A stretch of 64,000 nt of DNA. It comes from an uncultured Verrucomicrobiae bacterium. Its GTDB lineage: Bacteria; Verrucomicrobiota; Verrucomicrobiia; Chthoniobacterales; Chthoniobacteraceae. The stretch covers positions 160,001-224,000 of the forward strand of contig CAVYKI010000006.1 in NCBI GenBank assembly GCA_963769025.1, given 5' to 3'. The notes below the pieces were generated by a model. That model saw only the letters and a program-made list of their open reading frames with translations, was not told the DNA's origin and made no database searches. A program made the position numbers and the translations under genes. Shown here one piece after another: positions 1 through 8,520 of the stretch. Every line of letters starts with the position of its first letter. The stretch's first letter is position 1.

Positions 1-2
1 GG

Positions 3-1613
3 ATCAACACGCTGCTCATCGAGCGCATCAGCCGCGCGAGTGCGGAGCAGCGCGCCGGGCGGGCGGGGCGCACGGCGCCGGGTGTGTGCATGCGGCTGTG
101 GACGGAGCGCGAGCATGCGGATCGGCCTGCGCAGGAATTGCCGGAGGTGAAGCGGCTCGATCTCGCGGAGGTCGTGCTCACGCTGAAGGCGGGCGGCGTG
201 ACGGATGTCGCCAATTTTCGCTGGCTCGAAGCACCCGAAGCGAAGTCGCTCGAACGCGCGGAGACTCTCCTGCTCGATCTGGGTGCGACCGACAGGTCGG
301 GGCAAATCACCGAGCTTGGCCGGCGGATGCTCGCCTTTCCCGCGCACCCGCGATACGCACGGATGCTGCTCGCTGCGCATGAGCGCGGGTGCGTGCCGAC
401 GATTTGCCAGGTCGCGGCGATCACGCAGGGGAAGCCGATCCTCCACCGTTCGCAGGGCAAGCAGCAGCAGAATGACCGGGAGGATTTGCTCGGCGGTGAC
501 GGGAGCAGCGATTTCTTCGTGCTGCTGCGCGCGCTGCGGCTTGCCGAGACTTCCAATTTCAATCCGCAGCGGCTGCGTCCGCTCGGCGTGAATGGCATCG
601 CTTCGCGCGAGGCGCTCGCGCTTTCCAAACAGTTTCTCGACATCGCTCGCGCAGAGAAACTCGACACGGAGCCGCGCGATCCGAGCCCGGAGAATACCGC
701 GCGGTGCATTCTTGCGGGATTTCCGGATCAGGTCGGCGTGCGGCTGGATCGCGGGACGTTGCGCGTGCAGCTCGTCCACGGGCGGCGCGGCGTGCTGGCG
801 CGCGAGAGCGTGGTGCAGGAGGCGCCGCTGCTCGTCGCGAGCGAGGTGCGCGAGGTCGAGAGCCGCGACGACGTGCAGACGCTGCTCACGCTGGCGACGG
901 CGGTGAAGGAGGAGTGGCTCATGGAGCTGTTCCCCGAGGCGTTCAACAAGACGACGGAGTATTTCTACGACACCACGCAGCGGCGCGTGATGTCGCGGAA
1001 GGTCACGCGTTTCCGTGACCTCGAAATCCGCGCCGAGCGCAGCGACGACGTGCCGAAGGAGCAGGCTGCGTCGCTGCTGGCGGCGGAGGTGGAGGCGGGG
1101 CGTTGTCCGCTGGACAACTGGAACTTCGACGTGGAGCAGTGGATCGTCCGGCTGAACAAGCTCGCCGAATGGTGCCCGGAATACGAACTGCCGCCGCTCA
1201 CGCAGGCGGACCGGCGCACGCTGCTCGATCAGCTTTGCCTCGGGGCGATGAGCTACCGCGAGATCAAGGATCGCGCCGTGTGGCCGGTGTTGAAGTCGTG
1301 GCTCTCAGCCGCGCAACTCGACCTGCTGGATCGCATGGCACCGGAACGCTTCGACCTGCCCGGAGGGCGGCGGGCGAAAATCACCTACGCCGAGAATGCC
1401 CCGCCGACGCTCGCGGCGCGCATCCAGGATCTCTACGGCGTGGACGGCGACCTGCGCATCGCGGGCGGCAAGGTGTCGCTCGTCATCCAAGTCCTCGCTC
1501 CAAACCAGCGGCCGGTGCAGGTCACGACGAGCCTCTCGAACTTTTGGAAGGAGAGCTACCCGAAGCTGAAGCAGGAACTCTCGCGCAAGTATCCGAAGCA
1601 CGAGTGGCGGTAG
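3..1613 (+). CDS. hrpB: ATP-dependent RNA helicase HrpB, C-terminal part (5' end outside window)
   Basis: Frame is open from position 3. Shows DEAH motif VI SAEQRAGRAGR, an HA2 region (ITELGRRMLAFPAHPRYARML) and the HrpB C-terminal signature LAPNQRPVQVT...FW...YPKHEW. Confidence 0.93.
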   Translation: MNTLLIERISRASAEQRAGRAGRTAPGVCMRLWTEREHADRPAQELPEVKRLDLAEVVLTLKAGGVTDVANFRWLEAPEAKSLERAETLLLDLGATDRSGQITELGRRMLAFPAHPRYARMLLAAHERGCVPTICQVAAITQGKPILHRSQGKQQQNDREDLLGGDGSSDFFVLLRALRLAETSNFNPQRLRPLGVNGIASREALALSKQFLDIARAEKLDTEPRDPSPENTARCILAGFPDQVGVRLDRGTLRVQLVHGRRGVLARESVVQEAPLLVASEVREVESRDDVQTLLTLATAVKEEWLMELFPEAFNKTTEYFYDTTQRRVMSRKVTRFRDLEIRAERSDDVPKEQAASLLAAEVEAGRCPLDNWNFDVEQWIVRLNKLAEWCPEYELPPLTQADRRTLLDQLCLGAMSYREIKDRAVWPVLKSWLSAAQLDLLDRMAPERFDLPGGRRAKITYAENAPPTLAARIQDLYGVDGDLRIAGGKVSLVIQVLAPNQRPVQVTTSLSNFWKESYPKLKQELSRKYPKHEWR

Positions 1614-1679
1614 GGCGCTTTCGCCGAAAGCGCCGGGGCGTGCGCGGAAAAGTGGGCGGCCTCGGCGAGGCGGCCCTAC
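1610..1679. repeat. GTAG-type REP dyad (REPIN-like) between convergent genes
   Basis: GTAG-GGCGCTTTC-GCC-GAAAGCGCC at 1610-1634, and an inverted related copy GTAG-GGCCGCCTCGCCGAGGCCGCC on the - strand at 1679-1655. Confidence 0.65.
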
Positions 1680-1687
1680 CATGAAAA

Positions 1688-2947
1688 TCAGCGCGTGATT
1701 TTGCGCAGGTATTTTTCCGAGCGGAGGAAGAGCGTGCCGTTTGTCACGGCGCAGGTGGCCAGCGTGGGCTCGCCGATTTCGTTCTTCGCGAGGAGTTCGA
1801 AAGTTTTGCCGGCCTTCAGAACGTAGGTGATCCCGGTTTCGTTCTGGAAATAGACGCGTCCCTCGGCTGCGAAGGGCGAGGCGGAGAATCCGCCGCCGAG
1901 GCGTTCGCTCCAGTGGATTTCTCCGGTCTTTGCGTCGGCGCAACTCGCGATGCCGGCGTCGGAGACGAAGTAGAGTTCGTCGCCGAGCACGAGCATTGAG
2001 GCGCTGTGCGGGACGGCCTTGCCGTAGGTCCATGCGACGTTTGTTTCCGTGGCGTCGCCCTTCGCGCCGTCGGGGCGGACGGCGAGGAGCACGGGCTTGT
2101 TGAAGCTGGAGCTGACGAAGATGAGGCCGTGCGCGAAGACGGGGCGGGGGACGACGGAGTAGCCTTCGCCGTAGGTGGCGCGCCAGATTTCGCGGCCGTC
2201 GAGCGGGTCGTAGCTGCCGACAAATCCGCTGCCGGGGAGGATGACCTGCGTCGCGCCGCCGATGGTGATCGGGAGCGGGGTGGAGAAAGAGAACGGTTTT
2301 TGCGCCGTGGTGTTGCGCGGAGTTTTCCAGCGGACCTTGCCGGTGGCGGTATCGAGCGCGGCGACGAACGGATCCTTCGCGCCGTCGCAACTGAAGATCA
2401 ACGCGTCGCCGACGAGCGCGGGCGAGCCGCCGTTGCCGTGGACGGGCGCGTAGCCCAACTCGGTCTGCTTCCAGACGATCTTGCCGGCGAGGTCGAGCGC
2501 TGCTGTGCCCATGTGGCCGAAGTGAACGTAGAGCCGATCGGCGGTGACGATTGGCGTGCCGCTCGCGAGCGAGTTCTTTTTGTGCATCGCCGCGGCGGCT
2601 GCGGAATCCGGCGTGAAGATCTCCGTGTCCCAGAGCGTGCGGCCGTCCGCTGCGTCGAGGCAGAGCGCGTGGAGCGTGATGCCGCTCGTGCTGTCGCCCA
2701 CGGCGGTGGTGAGGTAGAGGCGGCCTTTCGCGAGCACCGGCGAAGACCAGCCCTTGCCGGGGATCTCCACTTTCCACGCGACGTGCTGCGTGTCGCTCCA
2801 CTCGATGGGCACGCCGGTCGCGTCGGAGACGCCCTGGCCGGTCGGGCCGCGGAATTGCGGCCAGTCGGCATCGGCGGCATGTGCGGTGACGAAACCGAGC
2901 ACGACGAGGGCAGCGAGGGAGCGGAGAGGACTTTTTGGATATTTCAC
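1688..2947 (-). CDS. Exported PQQ-like beta-propeller repeat protein (BamB-like, PVC-expanded family)
   Basis: Signal peptide followed by DWPQFRGPTGQG, with repeated ALDxxTGxxxW blades and SSP motifs. GTG start chosen at 2947. Confidence 0.85.
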   Translation of the reverse strand: MKYPKSPLRSLAALVVLGFVTAHAADADWPQFRGPTGQGVSDATGVPIEWSDTQHVAWKVEIPGKGWSSPVLAKGRLYLTTAVGDSTSGITLHALCLDAADGRTLWDTEIFTPDSAAAAAMHKKNSLASGTPIVTADRLYVHFGHMGTAALDLAGKIVWKQTELGYAPVHGNGGSPALVGDALIFSCDGAKDPFVAALDTATGKVRWKTPRNTTAQKPFSFSTPLPITIGGATQVILPGSGFVGSYDPLDGREIWRATYGEGYSVVPRPVFAHGLIFVSSSFNKPVLLAVRPDGAKGDATETNVAWTYGKAVPHSASMLVLGDELYFVSDAGIASCADAKTGEIHWSERLGGGFSASPFAAEGRVYFQNETGITYVLKAGKTFELLAKNEIGEPTLATCAVTNGTLFLRSEKYLRKITR

Positions 2948-3071
2948 GGGCGAGGAGGGGTAGGTGGCGGTGTGCGGATTGCCAAGTCGCGGGACACGGA
3001 ATGCTTTGTGCGAATTTTTATCCTCACGAACCCGCTCGCCATCGCCAGCGGCATGGCTACAACGCCGCGGA

Positions 3072-3761
3072 ATGCTTTCCCTGATCATCCCGCTCTACAA
3101 CGAGGAGGACAATGTCGCCCCGTTGCAGGACGAGCTTGCCGTGGCGCTGAAGGGGCATGAGTACGAGCTGATCCTCGTGGACGATTGCTCGACGGACAAA
3201 ACACTGGAGCGGATCCGGCGCGGGCCGGGCGTGCGCGTGATCGAGTTTGAAAAGAACACCGGCCAGAGCGCGGCGATGTTCGCGGGCTTCATGGCGGCGA
3301 AGGGGGACATCCTCGTGACGATGGACGGCGACATGCAGAACGACCCCGCGGACATTCTCCGCATGCTCGACAAGGTGGGCGAGGGCTTCGATTTCGTGGT
3401 CGGCTGGCGCAAGCAGCGGCAGGATAATCTCTCGAAGAAAATCAGCAGCCGCATCGCGAACTTTGTGCGGAGCCGGTTCACGCGCGATGGCGTGCACGAC
3501 ACGGGATGCTCGCTGAAGGTGATGCGGCGCGAGTGCCGCGACGCGCTGTTTCTTTTCCGCGGGATGCACCGCTTTATCCCGGCGCTCGTGAAGGGGCAGG
3601 GCTACAAAATCACCGAGCTGCCTGTGAATCACCGGCCGCGCACGGCGGGCGTGAGCAAGTACGGCTTTGGCAGCCGGGCGTGGAAGGCGACCTGCGACAT
3701 GCTGGCGGTGCGGTGGTTTCTTTCGCGGCAGTTGAAGCTGCGGATCCGGCGCGAGTCGTAA
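3072..3761 (+). CDS. Glycosyltransferase family 2 (polyprenol-phosphate glycosyltransferase, DPM1/ArnC-like)
   Basis: Motifs LSLIIPLYNEEDN, VDDCSTD, TMDGDMQNDP, DTGCSLK, HRFIP and NHRPRTAGVSKY. Confidence 0.9.
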   Translation: MLSLIIPLYNEEDNVAPLQDELAVALKGHEYELILVDDCSTDKTLERIRRGPGVRVIEFEKNTGQSAAMFAGFMAAKGDILVTMDGDMQNDPADILRMLDKVGEGFDFVVGWRKQRQDNLSKKISSRIANFVRSRFTRDGVHDTGCSLKVMRRECRDALFLFRGMHRFIPALVKGQGYKITELPVNHRPRTAGVSKYGFGSRAWKATCDMLAVRWFLSRQLKLRIRRES

Positions 3762-3854
3762 GAAATCGCGAGCCGCATAAACATTTTTCTTGGTAACCGC
3801 CGCGGAAGTGTTACAAAGCCGTTACAGAGAAAGAAAACTTTCCCCCTAGTAAAT

Positions 3855-3902
3855 AAACGCGGCCCGAAGCTCGCCCAGTGCTACGGGCCGCGTTTCCTTT
3901 TC
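3855..3902 (+). terminator. Terminator-like hairpin upstream of hpt
   Basis: 12-bp inverted repeat AAACGCGGCCCG (3855-3866) / CGGGCCGCGTTT (3884-3895), followed by CCTTTTC. Confidence 0.5.
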
Positions 3903-3955
3903 TGGCAAAAAAAAATCTCTCGGAGCGGCGGGTGGGGACGGATACGAAGCGGTGC

Positions 3956-4513
3956 ATGCTGAACGATATCGAGCGCACGCTTTTCCACGAGCAGACGATC
4001 CTGCTCCGGCTCGATGAACTTGGCGCGCAAATCACGCGCGATTACGACGGACGCGACCTCACGGTGATCGCCGTGCTGAATGGCAGCATCCTTTTCGTCG
4101 CGGACCTCATGCGGCGCATCCAGCTCGCGCTGCGGCTGGATTGCCTCAGCGTCTCGAGCTACCACGGCGGGACGGAGAGCTCGGGGACGGTGACTTTCGA
4201 CCAGACCTCGCTGCCGGACGTCGATGGGCGCCACGTGCTCATCCTCGACGACATCCTCGACACCGGGCGCACGCTTCACGCCATCCGGCGGCGGCTGAAT
4301 GAGGAGGCGAATGCGCTGAGCGTGCGCATCTGCGTGCTGCTGCGAAAGGAGAAGGTGCGCACCGAGGAACTCGACGCGGACTACGTGGGTTTCGACATCG
4401 GCGACGAGTTCGTCGTCGGCTACGGGCTCGATTACATGGAGCAGTATCGGAACCTCCCGTTCATCGGCGTGCTGAAGCCCGGCAGCCTTGCAGCGGACAA
4501 GGTGTGCGCTTGA
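3956..4513 (+). CDS. hpt: Hypoxanthine phosphoribosyltransferase
   Basis: VLNGSILFVADL, SSYHGGTESSG, PRPP-binding motif VLILDDILDTGRTL, and FVVGYGLDY...YRNLPFIG. Confidence 0.95.
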   Translation: MLNDIERTLFHEQTILLRLDELGAQITRDYDGRDLTVIAVLNGSILFVADLMRRIQLALRLDCLSVSSYHGGTESSGTVTFDQTSLPDVDGRHVLILDDILDTGRTLHAIRRRLNEEANALSVRICVLLRKEKVRTEELDADYVGFDIGDEFVVGYGLDYMEQYRNLPFIGVLKPGSLAADKVCA

Positions 4514-4521
4514 ATGACGCC

Positions 4522-4875
4522 ATGATCGACCCCGCCATGTTCGTCTTCCGCAATCCCGAAGCCTCCGGCACGCCGCCGCTGAGCCAGCCGAGATCCGAAC
4601 GGACTTCGGATGAGTTGGAGATGCGGGCCGACATCGAGCGGCTGTATTTCATCACCGAGGCGCTGTGGCGAATCCTGAAGGAAAAGCACGGGCTCGATGA
4701 CCTGGAGATCGTGCGGCAAATCACGACGATCGACATGGAGGACGGCAAGCTCGACAGCCGGAAGGCGAAGACCCCGCCGCAGCCGTGCCCGAAGTGCAAC
4801 CGCGTCCTCGGCAAGCAGCGCACAAAGTGCATGTATTGCGGCGAACTGATCGTCGTGAATCCGTTCGAGCGGTGA
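4522..4875 (+). CDS. Hypothetical protein with C-terminal zinc ribbon (CPKC...CMYC)
   Basis: Coding-like codon usage, helical core EALWRILKEKHGL, a DMEDGKLD loop and two CxxC motifs. Confidence 0.7.
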   Translation: MIDPAMFVFRNPEASGTPPLSQPRSERTSDELEMRADIERLYFITEALWRILKEKHGLDDLEIVRQITTIDMEDGKLDSRKAKTPPQPCPKCNRVLGKQRTKCMYCGELIVVNPFER

Positions 4876-5054
4876 TGCCAGCGGTACAGCGCGCAGTCCG
4901 CGCATTTGCGAACGCGTAACGCCGCAGCCGCCGCGCGGGTTCCCTTCCCGCTGCATCTCTGCATTGAGAGCGCAATCCCTTCACGCCCTCTAAGACTTCT
5001 CCGCTTCCGAGCTTGTGAATGGGACATCTCCCCGGGGCGGCAACATGGCAGCTT

Positions 5055-5309
5055 ATGAAACGAATACTCGCGGAACTTTTGAGCCGAAACGTCATCTCCG
5101 ACATCACCGTCATGCGGTGCTTGCAGGGATCCTGCTTTGTGACCGCAGGTTTGGTATTCGGCTACGGCATCTGGAATCTCGCCCATCTCGACCTGAGTGC
5201 GGCGCAGATATTGTTGGGGATTGTGTGGACCACCTTCCTCCCGCTGATGCTTGCCGGCAGCGGTCTGCTGCTCCCGATGCTCGCGAAGCGAAAGGACGAG
5301 CAGAGCTGA
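5055..5309 (+). CDS. Small two-TM membrane protein, unknown function
   Basis: 84-aa ORF with two hydrophobic segments and a basic tail. Confidence 0.5.
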   Translation: MKRILAELLSRNVISDITVMRCLQGSCFVTAGLVFGYGIWNLAHLDLSAAQILLGIVWTTFLPLMLAGSGLLLPMLAKRKDEQS

Positions 5310-5455
5310 CGGGAGCGCGCGCGTAGGGGCAGCGGTTTGTGGAATGTGACGCTCCCGTCCCGCGTTGCCCAGTCGCGGGCGGGTTAAAGCAAACCGCCAG
5401 GCATCCTGGCGCGTTCCAAGAGGGCCGGATCCTGGGAGGCTGCGCTGAGCGCCGG

Positions 5456-6616
5456 CTACAACTGCCCGTAGAGGATCTCCAGCGTGAGGGTGCAGTAGGT
5501 CGTCACGAGCACGCTGTTGTTTTCTTTCCAGCGCGGCGTCTCGTTGAGCCACGAACCGTCCTGCTGTTGCAGCTTCATGAGGCGCATCGCGAGTTCGCGC
5601 CTCCAGTCCACCTTCTTGCCGCCGATTTCCATCTCGGTGATGCCCGCGGCGGTGAGGCCCTTGGCCATGAGGTGCAGGTAGTAAAAGTAGCCCTGCTGTT
5701 CGAGGCCTGGATTTTCAGCGAGGGTGTAGTTCTTCTTCAGCCATTCGACGGCGGCGGTCACGCGCGGGTCGTCCTTTTTCACGTCGGCGTAGATGAAGCT
5801 GAGCAGGCCGGCGTAGCTCATCGAGCCGTAGCTGCGCAGCGCCTTGCCGCCGCCTTCGAGGGTCGCTTCGCCGGCGTTGCTGTAGCCGGGGTAGTAGATG
5901 AAGCCGCCCTTGTTCGCGGGGTCGCCGCTCGCCCACTTTTCCTTGTTGTGGGAGGGCAGGTTCTGCGTGCGGGTCACGAAATCAATCGCGGCCTGCCAGT
6001 CCAGGTCCTTCGTGCCGGGTTTGTCGGCCACGAGATGCTTCGTGGCGCGGAGTGCCTCGAGCGCGACGACCGTGTTGTCGAGGTCGGGATGCCCGCGCTT
6101 CGGGCTCGCGCCGACGCTGCCGTAGCCGATGCCACCGTCCGTCTCCGGCTTTGCCATGCCGCTCGCCTGCTGGCCGACGACGTAGGCGCGGGCCTTCACC
6201 AGGGTGTCGAGATCCTTCGGCTCATTCGCGCCATTCAGCGCGAGCAGGCAGACGGACGTGTTGTAGTTCGCGAGGCCGGAGTCCTTGTTATAGATGCCGC
6301 CATCCGGCTGCACGAAGCCGCGCAGGTAGGCGTATCCCTTTCCGAGAAAATCCGCCTTTGCAAAACGCCCGGTGGGTTCGCGCTGGAATGCGATGAGCGG
6401 GAGCGCCGTGAGCGCGGGATGCAGCGTGTCCTTGCCGAAGCTGCCGTCGGGATTCTGCTGCATGCGCAGCCATTCCAGACCGCGTTCGAGGGAGTCGCGG
6501 ATTTCGTTGCGGAAGGAGAGGTTCTTTTCGTCCTTCGGGAGCGGTTCGTTGGCGGCCTGCGTCCATGCGGCAGCTCCCAGGATCAGTGTGGCGGCGAGAA
6601 AAAGGCGGCGTTTCAT
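5456..6616 (-). CDS. Exported prenyltransferase/squalene oxidase repeat protein (terpene cyclase/mutase-like alpha/alpha barrel)
   Basis: Signal peptide MKRRLFLAATLILGAAA, QW-type repeats LEWLRMQQNPDGSF and LMKLQQQDGSW, plus HPDLDNT, GGFIYYP and YGSMSYAGL. Confidence 0.82.
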   Translation of the reverse strand: MKRRLFLAATLILGAAAWTQAANEPLPKDEKNLSFRNEIRDSLERGLEWLRMQQNPDGSFGKDTLHPALTALPLIAFQREPTGRFAKADFLGKGYAYLRGFVQPDGGIYNKDSGLANYNTSVCLLALNGANEPKDLDTLVKARAYVVGQQASGMAKPETDGGIGYGSVGASPKRGHPDLDNTVVALEALRATKHLVADKPGTKDLDWQAAIDFVTRTQNLPSHNKEKWASGDPANKGGFIYYPGYSNAGEATLEGGGKALRSYGSMSYAGLLSFIYADVKKDDPRVTAAVEWLKKNYTLAENPGLEQQGYFYYLHLMAKGLTAAGITEMEIGGKKVDWRRELAMRLMKLQQQDGSWLNETPRWKENNSVLVTTYCTLTLEILYGQL

Positions 6617-7359
6617 TTTGAGGGTTTTTCCTTGGGTTCGAGTCTGATGGTAAATTCCACCGGCGTTCCGACCGGCGGCACGGCCTCGGTTTTGACGAAC
6701 CAGATATGGTCGTCGTTCGATCCGGAGCGCGGATTGTTGATGAGCGCGCCGGGGAATGTGACCATCGCGGCGAAAGTCCCGTCCGCCTGCGCAATGAATC
6801 GGTTTTCGTAAAAATAGCTGCCCGTGTAGAGCCATGGGCCGTCTTCGGCACCGACGTTTTTCCCCGGCTTCTTCGGCGGGAAAATCCTCCGCATGATCCA
6901 GCGCTCCGGCGGCACGGTCTGTTCCTTTCCGGACTTGTCCGTCCATTTGACGCTCAGGAAAATCCGGTCACCCGTGAGCTTCGGTGCCTTCGCGAGGTAT
7001 TCGGCGTCGATCCTGGCCGGTTCCTTTCGGTCCAGCTTTTGCGCCATGCCTTTTGCGCCGAGGAGGAGCATCGCCATGTGGACATCCTGCGGCGCGGCGT
7101 CGCTCACGAACAGGCTCTCATGCACCGGCCCCTGCGTCGTCACGAGCAGGTATTCCAGCAGCCCGTCGTCCATCTGCACCTTCGCGGGGAAGGTCACCGT
7201 CCCCGCGTTCTTGTCGAGCTGGACGGTGCCGACCTTGAAGATGCCCGGTGCGATTTCCTTTGGCGGCGAAAACTCCGGTGGCGGCTGCGCGAGCAACGTC
7301 GCGGGATTCGCGAGAAACGGAGCAATGGAAAGAAAGGCGATGGCGATTCGTGCGAGCAT
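6613..7359 (-). CDS. Exported YdjY-domain-like protein
   Basis: Signal peptide and VTFPAKV...LEYLLV..G..HESLF....P.DVHMAMLLLG, WLYTGS and VPPVGTPVEF. Stop overlaps the next gene's start (ATGA). Confidence 0.7.
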   Translation of the reverse strand: MLARIAIAFLSIAPFLANPATLLAQPPPEFSPPKEIAPGIFKVGTVQLDKNAGTVTFPAKVQMDDGLLEYLLVTTQGPVHESLFVSDAAPQDVHMAMLLLGAKGMAQKLDRKEPARIDAEYLAKAPKLTGDRIFLSVKWTDKSGKEQTVPPERWIMRRIFPPKKPGKNVGAEDGPWLYTGSYFYENRFIAQADGTFAAMVTFPGALINNPRSGSNDDHIWFVKTEAVPPVGTPVEFTIRLEPKEKPSK

Positions 7360-7389
7360 GTTCGGGGTGCACTGAAACAAAGCGGAGTT

Positions 7390-8520
7390 TCAGCGGCGGA
7401 GCAACATCGGTTCGGCCCACGTGCCCGTGCCTTCCGCGCCTTCGATGCGCAGCGTGAGGCTGTCGGCACCCGGCACGGCGCAACGCAGCACCGCGGGCGG
7501 ATCTCCGGCGGCGAGCGGCGCGCTGCGGCCCGCGAGCTTGTTGTCGGCATAGACGGTGAAAGTGAGCCGCTGACCCGCGGGCGTCCCGGCTCCGGCGGCG
7601 ACGAGCGCGAAGAATGTGCCCGAGCCCGGCGCAGGCTTCCACCAGACCGTGGCGCCCGCGACGCACTCGAAGCCGGCGGCCACCGTGCGGTTGCCGAGCT
7701 TCAGCGCGCCGCCGTCGAGGGAGCGGTTTGCCGAAAAGCAATTCGCCGCGTTCCGGCCTGGCGCGGGGTCCACGCGCGTGGGTTTGATCTCATCCAGCGG
7801 CAGCAGCCGCGTGGCGCTCGCGCGGATCTCCACGAGTTCCGCGAGCGGAATCCGCAATCCGTCGTACAGCGGATGCCGCAGCGCGATGCCGCCGCCGTCG
7901 CCCGCGAGCACATCAAGCGCGGGGTAGATGCTTCCGTCGCGCGTCGCCACGTCGAACGCCGCCGGTTGGGCCTTCACCTCGCGCAGGATGAGGGCCTGCA
8001 CGTCCTTCGCCGCGAAAGTGCGCGGGCCGAAAATTGGGTTCAGCACCTTTGCTGTCGTCGCATCGCCGCCGCGGGGTGTGCCTTCACAAAAATCCCCGCC
8101 CGGCAGCAGCGCGCCCGTCTTTCCGCGTGGCATCTGCGCGACGAGTGTCGCGCCAAACGGCTGGTAGATCGCCCACGCGATGTCCTTTGAAGGGATCGCG
8201 ATGCGCTTCTTCTCAAAGCGCACGAGTGGCTCACCGAGCGACGAAAACGTGCCCGCGATCCGCCCGCCGTTCACGAGCAACACGCCCGGCTGGAATTCCG
8301 GCGTCGCGGTCGCGAACCGCGCGCGGAGGATCCCCGAAAGAGGCAGCTTCACCGTCGCGGCCGAACCGCGCACGACAAGTCCGCGGTCGATGCTCAGCTC
8401 GCCTTCGTGAAGTGCGCCGTCGATCGTGACTACGGTGCCCGCACGCGCACCGATCGCGAGTGCCGCCAGCAACGCCGCCAGCAGTGGGTTCCGGAGCCGC
8501 ATTTTCAAAGACGCGACCAT
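7390..8520 (-). CDS. Exported protein with C-terminal NPCBM/NEW2-like domain
   Basis: Signal peptide, repeated VxTxDG beta-hairpins, and a C-terminal NRSLDGGALKLG...FTVYADNK...LTLRI...GTWAEPML segment. TGATG overlap with the upstream gene. Confidence 0.68.
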   Translation of the reverse strand: MVASLKMRLRNPLLAALLAALAIGARAGTVVTIDGALHEGELSIDRGLVVRGSAATVKLPLSGILRARFATATPEFQPGVLLVNGGRIAGTFSSLGEPLVRFEKKRIAIPSKDIAWAIYQPFGATLVAQMPRGKTGALLPGGDFCEGTPRGGDATTAKVLNPIFGPRTFAAKDVQALILREVKAQPAAFDVATRDGSIYPALDVLAGDGGGIALRHPLYDGLRIPLAELVEIRASATRLLPLDEIKPTRVDPAPGRNAANCFSANRSLDGGALKLGNRTVAAGFECVAGATVWWKPAPGSGTFFALVAAGAGTPAGQRLTFTVYADNKLAGRSAPLAAGDPPAVLRCAVPGADSLTLRIEGAEGTGTWAEPMLLRR

